Positions 1 to 9,363 of a DNA stretch of 64,000 nucleotides are shown one piece after another. Numbering within the stretch: position 1 is the first letter of the stretch; each line of letters begins with the position of its first letter. Source of the stretch: an uncultured Verrucomicrobiae bacterium. GTDB taxonomy: Bacteria > Verrucomicrobiota > Verrucomicrobiia > Chthoniobacterales > JAFAMB01. The DNA lies in the NCBI GenBank assembly GCA_963750185.1, contig CAVVPV010000004.1:137584-201583 (forward strand), read 5' to 3'. The position numbers and the translations under genes were made by a program. Below the pieces are notes generated by a model. The model saw nothing but the letters and a program-made list of their open reading frames with translations, searched no databases and was not told where the DNA came from.

Positions 1-78
1 AGGGGTTGCTGCCGCAGGCGGAATATTTAGCTCGCACCCTTCCGGGGCCGGCACGTCTCGAAAATTAGGACCTCTCCC

Positions 79-355
79 CTAAAAGCCCTTTCCAAGGTAC
101 TGATCGACGTTAGAGGCGTCCACGCGAATTGATTTAAGAACGATCTGATTTGGCACCTGTTCGCCAATCGCAAGATTATAGGCGTATTGGATTCCTTCGG
201 GTGCACAGAATGGATAAGTAAATGTGGCTGCTAATTTGCCGTCTTTAATCGCTTGAAAGGCATTGTTTTCCCCGTCAATACCCACAATCGCAATCTCCTT
301 CAAGCGGCCGGCGGCTTCGACCACCTGCATTGCGCCGAGAGCCATTGCCCATCGC
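79..355 (-). pseudogene. C-terminal fragment of a RbsB-like sugar ABC transporter substrate-binding protein
   Basis: MALGAMQVVEAAGRLKEIAIVGIDG...AIKDGKLAATFTYP matches the periplasmic-binding-protein type I C-terminus; the N-terminal part is absent. Confidence 0.7.
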
Positions 356-369
356 GTTTGTAGACAGAC

Positions 370-643
370 TGGGCCGCAAACCAATTGGATCACCAACGCC
401 ATCGTGGGTATGACGTTCCTGTCGCTCCTCGCCGGGTTCGGCAACGGCAATACGTTTCTGCTCTATGGTGGGCTGAACGTACTCTTCATCATCTTCTTTG
501 TGATCTTCGTTCCGGAGACCAAGGGTGTGTCGCTCGAGAAGATCGAGGCGAATCTTCTAGCGGGGCTTCCGTTGAGGCATATCGGGCGACCACCGCGCGC
601 CCGCACCACGTCGTCGTTCTCGACCTCGCTCTTTGATCGTTGA
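370..643 (+). pseudogene. C-terminal fragment of an MFS sugar porter (GalP/AraE-like)
   Basis: TNWITNAIVGMTFLSLL...FVPETKGVSLEKIE contains the sugar-porter PETKG motif; only the last two TM helices are present. Confidence 0.75.
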
Positions 644-833
644 TCTCGGTTCACGTTCAGGTTCCGGTTTTTAGCTGTGCCCCTGTCCGGCAGATCGAAG
701 CCACCACCCAGTTCCAAGAACGTGAACGAGAACGACGACGAGGACGAGAACGACAATACCGCTTAGCATTAACTTCGACTATGCGGTGCCTGCAAAGTCG
801 TGTTAATCTTCATAGCTGTATTGTAAGTCCTAC

Positions 834-956
834 GTAAGCGAAGCGTCCCGCTTTGCTTCTAGGCACTAGCCAGGCAAAGGCTGGAGCCTTCGCTAACGAC
901 GCAAAGCGGGACGCTTCGCCTACGGCGCGAGACGCAAAGCGGGACGCTTCGCTTAC
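834..956. repeat. REP-like cluster (GTAGGCGAAGCGTCCCGCTTTGC family): one copy opposed to three reverse copies, one of them degenerate
   Basis: GTAAGCGAAGCGTCCCGCTTTGC at 834-856; reverse complements at 901-923 and 934-956; degenerate copy at ~874-897; related copies at 8781 and 9235. Confidence 0.75.
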
Positions 957-2779
957 GGTGCGAAAGCTTTTAGGAATTTTTCCTGGGAGATCAGTGAAGC
1001 CTGGCCGCGCTCCAGGCCCTTACCTCGGTCGCAAAGGAAGTCTCCTCGCCCTAAGAGCCTTTCCGCGCCCGGTTGATCAAGAACAATAGTCGAATTCACC
1101 GCGTTGGTAACTCTGAAGCAAACCTTCAGAGGGAGATTGGCCTTTAGCAGGCCACCCACAGTTTCGCGATCGGGGCGTTGGGTCGCAACGAAAAGATGGA
1201 CGCCTGCCGCTCGGCCCTTGGCGGAGATCCGTGCCACGAGGCGTTCGAACTCTTTCCTTCCTTCTTTTCCGGAATGCACAAGATCAGCAAATTCGTCAAA
1301 TACGAGGACAGAGAACGGGATTTCTTTCTTGCCTGATGCAAATCGATCGCTCAGTTTGGTGAACCCTTCCTCCAGTAAAACTTCGTAACGCCGATCCATT
1401 TCCTCGGCTGCATCAGCAAGGCAAACCAAAGCTTCTTCGAGCGAAAAGATCACCGGACCCGCGAGGTATTGACTGTTGCGGATCATCCCGAACGTGAGGC
1501 GTTTCGGATCGATCAGAGAGAATTTCAGCTCTAACGGCGAATTTCGGGCAGCCAGCGTCGCGACCGCGGTTTTCAGAAATTCGCTCTTGCCGCTTCCGCT
1601 TGTGCCCGCTATGAGCGCATGAGCCATGTTGGGGTCGGACAAATCGGCAACAATCGGTTGATTATCGACGCCGATACCTATCGGAAACGCGGTCGAACTG
1701 GGATGCTGTGAAACCTCGCGGAGATTGAAGACCTCGGACCACGCAACCGTGCCAGGATCAGGTTTTGCGACGTCAAAGAAGACGAAGCCTGGACCGGCAG
1801 AGATCATTGGCTCAGAGGGCAATGACAATGCGATCTTGAGATTAGTCGAGTGTTGCTCAATTTGATTGAACTTTACTCCCTCGCCCATTTGGAGCCGGTA
1901 ACGGATCAACTGCGGAGCTTCCAATCGATCCACCACCTGAACGGTGACGCCGTAGGTGCGATAAGCATTGACGATCTCGGCGTCTCGGTCGTGAGACGAC
2001 TTTTGCGCGGAAAGGTCAATCGACTTTCTTGGTTCCGGAGGACTTTTGGAGAAGTGCGCAGCAAGTTCCGCGAGCGTTGGTGCGACAAGCTCGTCGAAGA
2101 GCTTTCCGACTTGGTCGGGTCCCTGAGGGATCACGTGAAGCTGCGGCTCGTAGTATTCGAGGCGCGCGGAAGTTGGCAACCCCGGATGGGTGCGTTGCAA
2201 GAGGGCGGCGTAAATCGCGGCCTGGAGCAGATCCGTTTTGAGGTTCGCACCGCGCGACAATTTGTAGTCTACGACAACAGGGCCGCCGGTTTCCAGAACA
2301 ACGCAGTCGGGCCGTCCGGCGACATGGATGATTCCCCGGGCGGTAGTGACGGGAACATCGTCAAACTGGTATTCAGAGGTCAGAATAAGGCTTCGCCAAT
2401 TTTTGAAGGGCGCGGTAACAGAACGCTTCGTGACCAGTTCTTGGGACCAGTTTTTCAGTGCTTTTGTCAGGTGATCGGCGGATTGAGGTCCTTGCTGTTC
2501 CAGGAGTCCAAGCAGTTCTTTCTTCGCAAAGTTGTTCCAGAACGCATCCCAGACATCTTCGTAACTGGATAGTTTCGCCGCGCTCCGGAGGTTCGGTTCC
2601 GCAGTCAGCCAGTCGGAGAACCGGTCGACCAATCGATGGAATAACAAGCTGTTTACGCGGATGCTGTTTTTCGGCGCGCGGGCAATCGGGACCGGGACGG
2701 ACGGATCAAGAATCCAGGCGGCACGCCATTTCTTATCAAGAGAGGCGTGCTTCAGCTGCGTGACAGTTATCCTTGCCAT
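953..2779 (-). CDS. PD-(D/E)XK (RecB-like) nuclease fused to an FtsK/SpoIIIE DNA translocase motor, no membrane or gamma domain
   Basis: N-terminal GRPD...VVDYK...QAAIYA nuclease motifs; C-terminal Walker A GTSGSGKS, Walker B VLVFDEFAD, GRAAGVHLFVATQRP and GAERLLGRGDFL FtsK motifs; ATG at 2779 overlaps the upstream stop. Confidence 0.85.
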   Translation of the reverse strand: MARITVTQLKHASLDKKWRAAWILDPSVPVPIARAPKNSIRVNSLLFHRLVDRFSDWLTAEPNLRSAAKLSSYEDVWDAFWNNFAKKELLGLLEQQGPQSADHLTKALKNWSQELVTKRSVTAPFKNWRSLILTSEYQFDDVPVTTARGIIHVAGRPDCVVLETGGPVVVDYKLSRGANLKTDLLQAAIYAALLQRTHPGLPTSARLEYYEPQLHVIPQGPDQVGKLFDELVAPTLAELAAHFSKSPPEPRKSIDLSAQKSSHDRDAEIVNAYRTYGVTVQVVDRLEAPQLIRYRLQMGEGVKFNQIEQHSTNLKIALSLPSEPMISAGPGFVFFDVAKPDPGTVAWSEVFNLREVSQHPSSTAFPIGIGVDNQPIVADLSDPNMAHALIAGTSGSGKSEFLKTAVATLAARNSPLELKFSLIDPKRLTFGMIRNSQYLAGPVIFSLEEALVCLADAAEEMDRRYEVLLEEGFTKLSDRFASGKKEIPFSVLVFDEFADLVHSGKEGRKEFERLVARISAKGRAAGVHLFVATQRPDRETVGGLLKANLPLKVCFRVTNAVNSTIVLDQPGAERLLGRGDFLCDRGKGLERGQASLISQEKFLKAFAP

Positions 2780-4800
2780 ATCAGCACGACCATGTTCGGG
2801 TGAGCGATTTTTTGGATTTGCGGAATCTTTTCGCATGCCTCGAGCACGAGGTCTTCGGTGGTTCCGGAGCCTAGCTTTTCGAGCGTATCGCTGAGGCTCA
2901 GGAATTTTTCGTGTTGCACAAGGATTCGTAACTTCTCGAGGAACAATTGTTTTGGAGGCGGTGGCGGCGCCCGCTGTTCTTGCTCGGGGATGTGCGCCGG
3001 CGACTGAGGCTGCAGAATTCGCTGGCGCCATGGCGCCAGCCGTTGCTGCAAGAACCGGAGGACATCCTCACCAGAGTACCCTGACACGTTTCCGGAAACC
3101 GCTTCGAGATAGAGATCTCGCGCCGCGTTCAGTTCTGAGCTTTCCTCTTTGCTCAGGACGAGCAGCCCGGATCCAAGCGCGGCGCGGATCGCCGGTCCGC
3201 TTTTTGTCCACGTCGGCTTTGGAATGGGATCCAGTTCTTCGGACCGAAAATAAATAATCTTAGCGATTTTGCCGGGATGTTTTGCACGCCATGCTTCTGC
3301 GACGTCGGCTACCTTCTTCCATTGGGTAAAGTGCATCTCGCGGACAAATCCGAAGAGGATCTCTGCCTGTCCACCAACGCTCCATTGGAGTTCGGCAAAA
3401 GGGGTCTCTTTTTTGTTTTCCGAACAGACAATCTCTGGATCTGCTGCGAGCGGACCTCGTACAAGCCACCGGAACACATCGGGATCAAAATGTCGCCGGC
3501 GCGGGTTGACGCGATATTCGGACAGGTATTCGTCGAAAATCTGGTCTAATCGGAGTTTTGGAGTTGGCGTTGTTGCTCCGGCCCAACGATCCCTGCACTT
3601 GTGCATAAATTCGCGAACAGGAATTGTCTTGCGGCCAGAATAGATCGAATCGAGCCATTTTTGATCCCGGAATTGTCGAAGGAGTTCTTCGGAAGGCGCG
3701 AACGGGGCGAGTCTCAATTGGATCAGTTCTTCGGCTTCCCGAATATCGAGGCCCCTGAGTTGCTTCGGGATTGAAAAACGATCGTGGTGAGCATCCTCGA
3801 TTTTCGGGACAACTTTGGAATCCCAAATCGATTGGTTCGCGGTCACGACTGTGAGGTGGTTTGGCGCTTCGTTCACCAGTCGTACCACGACTCGTCCAAA
3901 CTGTTGCAGCAATTCCAGGTTTGTTTGGTAGTCCTCGGTCTGGTCGAAGCAGAAAAGCAAGGGACGGTAATAGCGTGCAAGCAAGCAGAGATCGTGGATT
4001 CGAAGCCAGCAAGCGTTGTTGACGACGTCCACCGGTTCGCTCCTGGGATTCTCTCCTGGCGCGATCCCAAGAGTTTTAACCATGGAGTCGTCGAGGGTCT
4101 CATACCGGAGCCAGGCCAAACAACCTTGCCGGATTTCAGACCCTGGCGAAGAGGTCAGGTAATGAAACAGCACCTTTAACCACCCAGCCGAAGTTAACTT
4201 CAGCGGGGAGAGTTGCTGCTGGCAGAGAGGAAGAAGTTCGTTGATGAAATGGTCGCGGAGCCAGGTGCTCTGTGGGTCCGAGCCCTTGCCTATCGTGATC
4301 TCGGATCCCTGGCGCAGTTGCTCGCGCCGCAACTCTCCCTGCACGATAGTAACAAGTCCGCGATCGATAGCATTGGCGACAAGATTTTGCAGGACTCCTT
4401 CCGCGAGCGAATTAAGTTGCGTCGGCTCGTCAACGGCCCACGTGGTCTGGTCGGTGGTGTCGGGATAGTCAAGCTCGTTGACGAGATGGAGCAGGATCGA
4501 CTGCCAGCACAACGCCACGGTTTGGAATGGAGTCAGATAAACCTGAATTGCCCGGCGATTCAGTGCTTTGAACAGGCGTCCGATCAGATGACTTTTTCCG
4601 TAGCCCGCGGCAATGGAAAGGATGAGCTGGGCCTTGTTTCCAACAACGATTCGATCCTCGTTTACCGCGCTGAATGCGGAAATGAGTCCTGACAAGACGT
4701 CTTCGTTGAGCGTAGCGACCGAGCTCGGGCACTCCCGCGGCTTGTGGACGATGTCTTTCTCAAATGGGTTGATTGACAACCCGGGTATATCGAATTTCAT
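2767..4800 (-). CDS. Large P-loop (AAA+-like) ATPase, 677 aa
   Basis: Walker A AAGYGKSH, Walker B LLFCFDQTE, downstream DRF arginine motif; ATG at 4800 overlaps the upstream TGA (ATGA). Confidence 0.8.
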   Translation of the reverse strand: MKFDIPGLSINPFEKDIVHKPRECPSSVATLNEDVLSGLISAFSAVNEDRIVVGNKAQLILSIAAGYGKSHLIGRLFKALNRRAIQVYLTPFQTVALCWQSILLHLVNELDYPDTTDQTTWAVDEPTQLNSLAEGVLQNLVANAIDRGLVTIVQGELRREQLRQGSEITIGKGSDPQSTWLRDHFINELLPLCQQQLSPLKLTSAGWLKVLFHYLTSSPGSEIRQGCLAWLRYETLDDSMVKTLGIAPGENPRSEPVDVVNNACWLRIHDLCLLARYYRPLLFCFDQTEDYQTNLELLQQFGRVVVRLVNEAPNHLTVVTANQSIWDSKVVPKIEDAHHDRFSIPKQLRGLDIREAEELIQLRLAPFAPSEELLRQFRDQKWLDSIYSGRKTIPVREFMHKCRDRWAGATTPTPKLRLDQIFDEYLSEYRVNPRRRHFDPDVFRWLVRGPLAADPEIVCSENKKETPFAELQWSVGGQAEILFGFVREMHFTQWKKVADVAEAWRAKHPGKIAKIIYFRSEELDPIPKPTWTKSGPAIRAALGSGLLVLSKEESSELNAARDLYLEAVSGNVSGYSGEDVLRFLQQRLAPWRQRILQPQSPAHIPEQEQRAPPPPPKQLFLEKLRILVQHEKFLSLSDTLEKLGSGTTEDLVLEACEKIPQIQKIAHPNMVVLIWQG

Positions 4801-5465
4801 GGCTCGATGGCGATGTAGAGTCGCTGGCGGCCATCTTGTTCGATGGCCGCGGCACGCTCCTCTTCGCTTGCAGACGCCCAATCGCCTTGGTCCAGTTGGA
4901 CCTTTAGGGAAGGTATGCCGGTGTCGATGATCCAGGAGCGAACTTCGCTTGACGCGAGGCCGGAACGCTGGATCAATTCGACTATAGGGATCGATCGTCT
5001 TTGCCGCGCAGCGGAGCCCTCGCGGTAGGCCGCAAGAATACGCTCTTTTGTTGCTTCCTTGTCTATTGTCTGGTGAGCAGGCTCGCCGCGACTTACATGG
5101 CGGCGATGGATATAGAGCAATTGAGATCCTTTGCCCTCCAACGGCAACTCCAACACGATACGCTCGTCGACAAGCTCGGCGAGCGCGGAGCGCGCGAGAG
5201 GCTTCAGCGCCCGGTTTACCCGCAGCAAAGACGAAGCGGGAAATAGTTTCGGTTTCGTTTCCAATAGTTTTGCTATCCGTGCCTTTTCGGTATTAACAGA
5301 GGGTTCGTGTCCCGCCAGGTAATACGCGCCCAATTTCCGGATTGCGCCCTCGGCTAGCAGTTCATTCAGAGCGGATTGGACGGCGGCCGATTGACTGATC
5401 TTCGATGGGTTTAAACGAGGGTTCCGGGCGAATTTCTTCAGCAGTTTTTCTCGGGGGCTCTCCAT
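4797..5465 (-). CDS. Hypothetical protein, 222 aa, probably tandem winged-helix-like DNA-binding domains
   Basis: Repeated helix-plus-hairpin pattern (SALNELLAEGAIRKLGAYY; SALAELVDERIVLEL...LLYIH; IPIVELIQRSGL...); basic; coupled to the ATPase gene by an ATGA overlap. Confidence 0.6.
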   Translation of the reverse strand: MESPREKLLKKFARNPRLNPSKISQSAAVQSALNELLAEGAIRKLGAYYLAGHEPSVNTEKARIAKLLETKPKLFPASSLLRVNRALKPLARSALAELVDERIVLELPLEGKGSQLLYIHRRHVSRGEPAHQTIDKEATKERILAAYREGSAARQRRSIPIVELIQRSGLASSEVRSWIIDTGIPSLKVQLDQGDWASASEEERAAAIEQDGRQRLYIAIEP

Positions 5466-5626
5466 GGTCGCAGTACAAGATGTGTAGCATAGAAGGGCCC
5501 CGGTGGGCGAGGATTTCCGGGGTTTCAGGCTGGTTCGACGCTGATGGTCCGCTATCCGGGATCGCTGTCGTTTTGGTCGTTGAGGTAAAGGCGAGTGCGA
5601 CGCCAGATAGAAGGGATAAACCGCGA

Positions 5627-5688
5627 TTGACACTCCGAAAATGATGCTCTACATGACCGATCACGTGATTGATCATTAAGTCGGTCAT
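5627..5688 (+). promoter_or_regulatory. Putative sigma70 promoter and palindromic operator upstream of the sugar ABC cluster
   Basis: TTGACA at 5627-5632 with a weak -10 near 5650; inverted repeat ATGACCGA (5653-5660) / TCGGTCAT (5681-5688) enclosing the palindrome TCACGTGA. Confidence 0.5.
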
Positions 5689-5766
5689 CACTTCAACGGA
5701 ACGATTACCCCCGGGCGTTTTGAGCGAACTATAGCGCTCTTCCCTTAGCCAAACCTCGTAAGAACA

Positions 5767-6488
5767 ATGAAAGCTCCAAAATTGCGTTTCCGAAATATAC
5801 GTCTCCTTGCCGTGCTCTTTGCGAGCTCGGTTGCGGCGATGGTGAGTCCAGTGACCGGTCAGTCAAAAGACCATGTCGACCTCCAGTTCTGGGATATGAT
5901 CTGGGGTGGGCCGGAATATATCGATGCCGGCAAAGCGCTTGTTGCACAGTTCAACCAGGAACACCACGATATCACTGCGAGTTATCGATCTATTCCCTGG
6001 ACAAACTGGTACCAGACATTTCTTACCGCGATTGGCTCTGGAACAGCTCCCGATTTGAGCACTGGCGCCGGCTACCAGGCAGTCCAGCTCTACGATCAGA
6101 ACGCGATCTTACCGATTGATGACCTGATCAGCGATTGGAAGGCGAAGGGCAAGCTCGACGATTTTTTGCCCAATACAGTCGAAATTTTGAAATACGATAA
6201 TCACTACGTTGCGCTCCCCTGGGCAATCGATATTCGGGTCTGGTATTATCGAAAGGATTTGTTGCAACAGGCGAATGTGCAGCCTCCGACGAACTGGGCC
6301 GAGTTCAAAGCGGCGGCGCAGGCGCTTACGAAGCCGGCGAATGACCAGTATGGCATGGTCGCTGCAGGCGACACTTTGGGAGAGCATCTTTTGCTGACGC
6401 TGATGTTTAATAACGACGGTGGATTGTTTACAACAGATCGAAAGCTCGACCTGGCCTCCGATCGAAACATGGAGGCCCTGAAATATCT
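5767..6488 (+). pseudogene. Carbohydrate ABC transporter substrate-binding protein, C-terminally truncated
   Basis: Signal peptide and SBP_bac_1-like motifs (GTAPDL, YVALPWAIDIRVWYYRKDLL, PPTNWAEF); similarity ends at ~6488 where permease sequence begins in another frame. Confidence 0.75.
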
Positions 6489-6778
6489 GGGCCAATGGCC
6501 GGCAACTTTTCTGGTACATCACACTGCCGCATTTGAAGAACATTTCGATCATTCAGGCGATCCTGATGACAATATGGAGCATCAATGACTTTGAGACGCC
6601 TTATCTCCTTACTCAAGGAGGTCCATCGAACGCTACAGAGAATCTGATACTGCTTTCTTACCGCTTCACGTTTGGCCGTAACGATGTTGGCCGGGGTTCA
6701 GCGGTCGCGATTTTGACGCTCGTCGTCCTAATGATTTTGTCGACAATCATTATGCGGCAGCAACGCAAAGCGGTGTAG
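6489..6778 (+). pseudogene. C-terminal fragment of a carbohydrate ABC permease (MalF/UgpA-like)
   Basis: ANGRQLFWYITLPHLK...FETPYLLTQGGPSNATE is the post-EAA region of a permease; the N-terminal two thirds are missing. Confidence 0.75.
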
Positions 6779-6792
6779 CCGAGCGCCTTTGG

Positions 6793-7614
6793 ATGAAACA
6801 GTATCGCAAATGGCTTCTTCTGGGCGTCGGCCTCGTGATCGTCCTGCTCGTTGACTTCCCGATCATCACAGTCGCGCTAAATTCCTTTCGGACGACAGAG
6901 ACGATTATCTCCTCCCACAGCATTTTACCCACCCAACCGACGCTGGCGAATTACCTGTACATCAACACGCGAACCCGTTTCTGGACATTTTTGATTAACA
7001 GCGGAATAGTTGCCGCTTGCAGCACGCTGCTTGGGATCGTTCTGGCATCGCTAGCCGGATTTGCGATGTCGCGCTATCGGGCCAGGATTCTAGCCTCCTA
7101 TAATCAGGCGTTGCTGATTGTTCAGATGTTCCCGCTGATATTAGCAATCATTCCGCTGTTCATCTTTTTCCGCAAGCTCGACATGGTGAACAACTTTGTT
7201 CCTGTGATGCTGGTTTACACAGTGACGCAACTGCCCTTCGCGACCTGGATGCTTCGTTCGTATTTTGACAGTATTCCCCGGGAACTGGATGAGGCGGCGA
7301 CAATGGACGGATGTTCGCCGCTTCGGATTTTTCTGCAAATTATCTTGCCTTTGACCGTTCCCGGGATCGCTGCGGTTGCGATATTCTCATTCCTGTTTTC
7401 GTATAACGAATTTTTTATATCGAGCGTTTTCCTGCGGGACGAAGATCGAATGACGATGCCTGTCGGCATCCAATCTTTCATGCAGCAATATTCGACCGAT
7501 TGGGGAAGTCTGATGGCTGCAGCCACTCTGGCAATGGTGCCGACACTCATCCTGTTCCTGTTTATCCAGAAGTACATGATCTCCGGAGCCACAGCAGGGG
7601 CGGTTAAAGGTTAG
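6793..7614 (+). CDS. Carbohydrate ABC transporter permease (MalG/UgpE-like)
   Basis: EAA loop IPRELDEAATMDGCS; several TM helices; typical GAVKG C-terminus. Confidence 0.9.
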   Translation: MKQYRKWLLLGVGLVIVLLVDFPIITVALNSFRTTETIISSHSILPTQPTLANYLYINTRTRFWTFLINSGIVAACSTLLGIVLASLAGFAMSRYRARILASYNQALLIVQMFPLILAIIPLFIFFRKLDMVNNFVPVMLVYTVTQLPFATWMLRSYFDSIPRELDEAATMDGCSPLRIFLQIILPLTVPGIAAVAIFSFLFSYNEFFISSVFLRDEDRMTMPVGIQSFMQQYSTDWGSLMAAATLAMVPTLILFLFIQKYMISGATAGAVKG

Positions 7615-7625
7615 GAGAACAATTT

Positions 7626-8768
7626 ATGTCACCAAAATTAACAGAGAAATCGATTGGGCAATCATCCGGTGAATCATCGGCGAATCGACGATTGAGAATC
7701 GGGATCGTGGGCTGTGGCGAAGTGACGCAAATAATCCACGTGCCGGCTCTCTACCAGTTGCCGGGCCGATACGAGATTACCGCGTTGTGCGACGTGAGCC
7801 CGGCTGTTCTGGAACAGTTAGGAAAGCTCTGGAATGTCGGCATCCTGGAGACTGACTACCGAGCACTTGTCGCGCGCGCCGAATTGGACGTTGTCCTGAT
7901 TGCAAATCCGAACGCCTATCATGCGGAAGTCACGCTGGCGGCGCTCGCCGCAGGGAAGCATGTGCTCGTCGAAAAACCGATGTGCGTTACCTTGCGGGAG
8001 GCGGATCTGATTGTCGCGGCACAAAAGCAGAGTGGGGCCGTGGTGCAGGTTGGCTATATGCGCCGCTACGCTCCGGCGTTTCTGGATGGATGCGCGTTAG
8101 TTCGCGACATCGGCGAAATAAAATATGCCCGCGTGCGCGACATCATCGGAGCGAACTCGTTGGTCATAAGCTCGACCTCGCGCGTGATCCGTGATCCGGC
8201 GCTCCTTGAGTCGATCGAAAAGGAAACTAAGAATCGCGAGAATGCCCTGGTGGAGGAGGTTCTGGGAGCAGACGCGAAGCCTTCATTGAAGCAGGCGTAC
8301 AGGCTTATGCTCGGATTGAGCAGCCATGATATTTCGGCGATGCGCGAATTGCTCGGTATGCCCAAAAGCGTGCTCTTTGCCGCAGAACGATTCGGCGGAG
8401 GCTATCTGTCGGCAGTATTCGACTACGGATCGTACGTTTGCCAATTCGAAACTGGCGTCGATGCGATTCCTCGATTTGATGGTCACCTCGAGGTGTACGG
8501 TGCTCAGAAGGTTGTGCGAATCCAGTACGATACTCCCTACGTGCGCAATTTGCCGATTCGGCTGTTCGTCACTGAAAGCAACGGTCGCGGTGGTGTTGAA
8601 CGCATCGACTCTCATCCCAGCTGGGGCGACCCTTTTATTGCTGAGTGGAACGCGTTGTATGACAATGTTGTCGGGAAGCGCGCGCCGAAAACGGGGCCTG
8701 AGGATTTTGCGCAGGATCTTGAACTCTTCGGCGAAATGGCGCGGCTGATGCGCGAACCGAACGGTTGA
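7626..8768 (+). CDS. Gfo/Idh/MocA family oxidoreductase
   Basis: IGIVGCG Rossmann motif, HVLVEKP motif, VGYMRRY. Confidence 0.9.
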   Translation: MSPKLTEKSIGQSSGESSANRRLRIGIVGCGEVTQIIHVPALYQLPGRYEITALCDVSPAVLEQLGKLWNVGILETDYRALVARAELDVVLIANPNAYHAEVTLAALAAGKHVLVEKPMCVTLREADLIVAAQKQSGAVVQVGYMRRYAPAFLDGCALVRDIGEIKYARVRDIIGANSLVISSTSRVIRDPALLESIEKETKNRENALVEEVLGADAKPSLKQAYRLMLGLSSHDISAMRELLGMPKSVLFAAERFGGGYLSAVFDYGSYVCQFETGVDAIPRFDGHLEVYGAQKVVRIQYDTPYVRNLPIRLFVTESNGRGGVERIDSHPSWGDPFIAEWNALYDNVVGKRAPKTGPEDFAQDLELFGEMARLMREPNG

Positions 8769-8780
8769 TGTTGCTCTACA

Positions 8781-8843
8781 GTAGGCGAAGCGTCCCCGTT
8801 TTGCACCTCTTCAAAGGCGCGCGAACCGAGACGGTTCGCCTAT
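8781..8843. repeat. REP-like hairpin (inverted GTAGGCGAA...TTCGCCTA pair)
   Basis: GTAGGCGAAGCGTCCCCGTTTTGC...GCGAACCGAGACGGTTCGCCTA; near-identical copy at 9235-9298. Confidence 0.75.
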
Positions 8844-8978
8844 TTCTTGGCGCCTCCACGAACTTCTGACCCATATCAAGGACGCCGCTGGACTGGCACG
8901 CGCCGTGGAGCGGTTCGCGACTTTCAGTTACCGCGCTGTTGAGTTGGTTCATCGACTGAATGTCGTACGCTGTACGAA

Positions 8979-9167
8979 TTGGCTCTCAAAATAAATCCCG
9001 GGTATGCGCTAGCGCACCGCAATCTTGGCAATGCCTTCTATCGGGAAGGCCAATTCGCCAATGCGATAACGCAATTCCAGGAGGCCTTACGATTAAATCC
9101 TGCTCTTAGCTCTGTGCAAGACAACTTGGCAAAGGCCCAAGCTTTGCTCAGGGATATCAGTAAATAG
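8979..9167 (+). pseudogene. C-terminal TPR repeat fragment
   Basis: ALKINPGYALAHRNLGNAFYREGQFANAITQFQEALRLNP fits the TPR consensus; no N-terminal gene body. Confidence 0.7.
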
Positions 9168-9234
9168 GAGAGCGTTTTTTCGCGTTGCTCGCTCCTTGCG
9201 CGTCGGTGTAGATAGATATACTCGCCGTTCACGA

Positions 9235-9298
9235 GTAGGCGAAGCGTCCCCGCTTTGCACCTCTTCAAAGGTGAGCAAACCGAGACGGTTCGCCTACT
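9235..9298. repeat. REP-like hairpin, second copy
   Basis: Direct repeat of 8781-8843 with a few substitutions. Confidence 0.75.
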
Positions 9299-9363
9299 TT
9301 TTGAAGCCTCCGCACGACACTAAATAGACCTTATCAACCCCAAGACAGCCACCCAGTTTTTTT

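Noticed and set aside
953-3031. Housekeeping cell-division ftsK, and the 692-aa start given in the ORF track
   Set aside because: No TM or gamma domain and an N-terminal nuclease instead; the extra 84 codons overlap the ATPase gene, so ATG 2779 is preferred.
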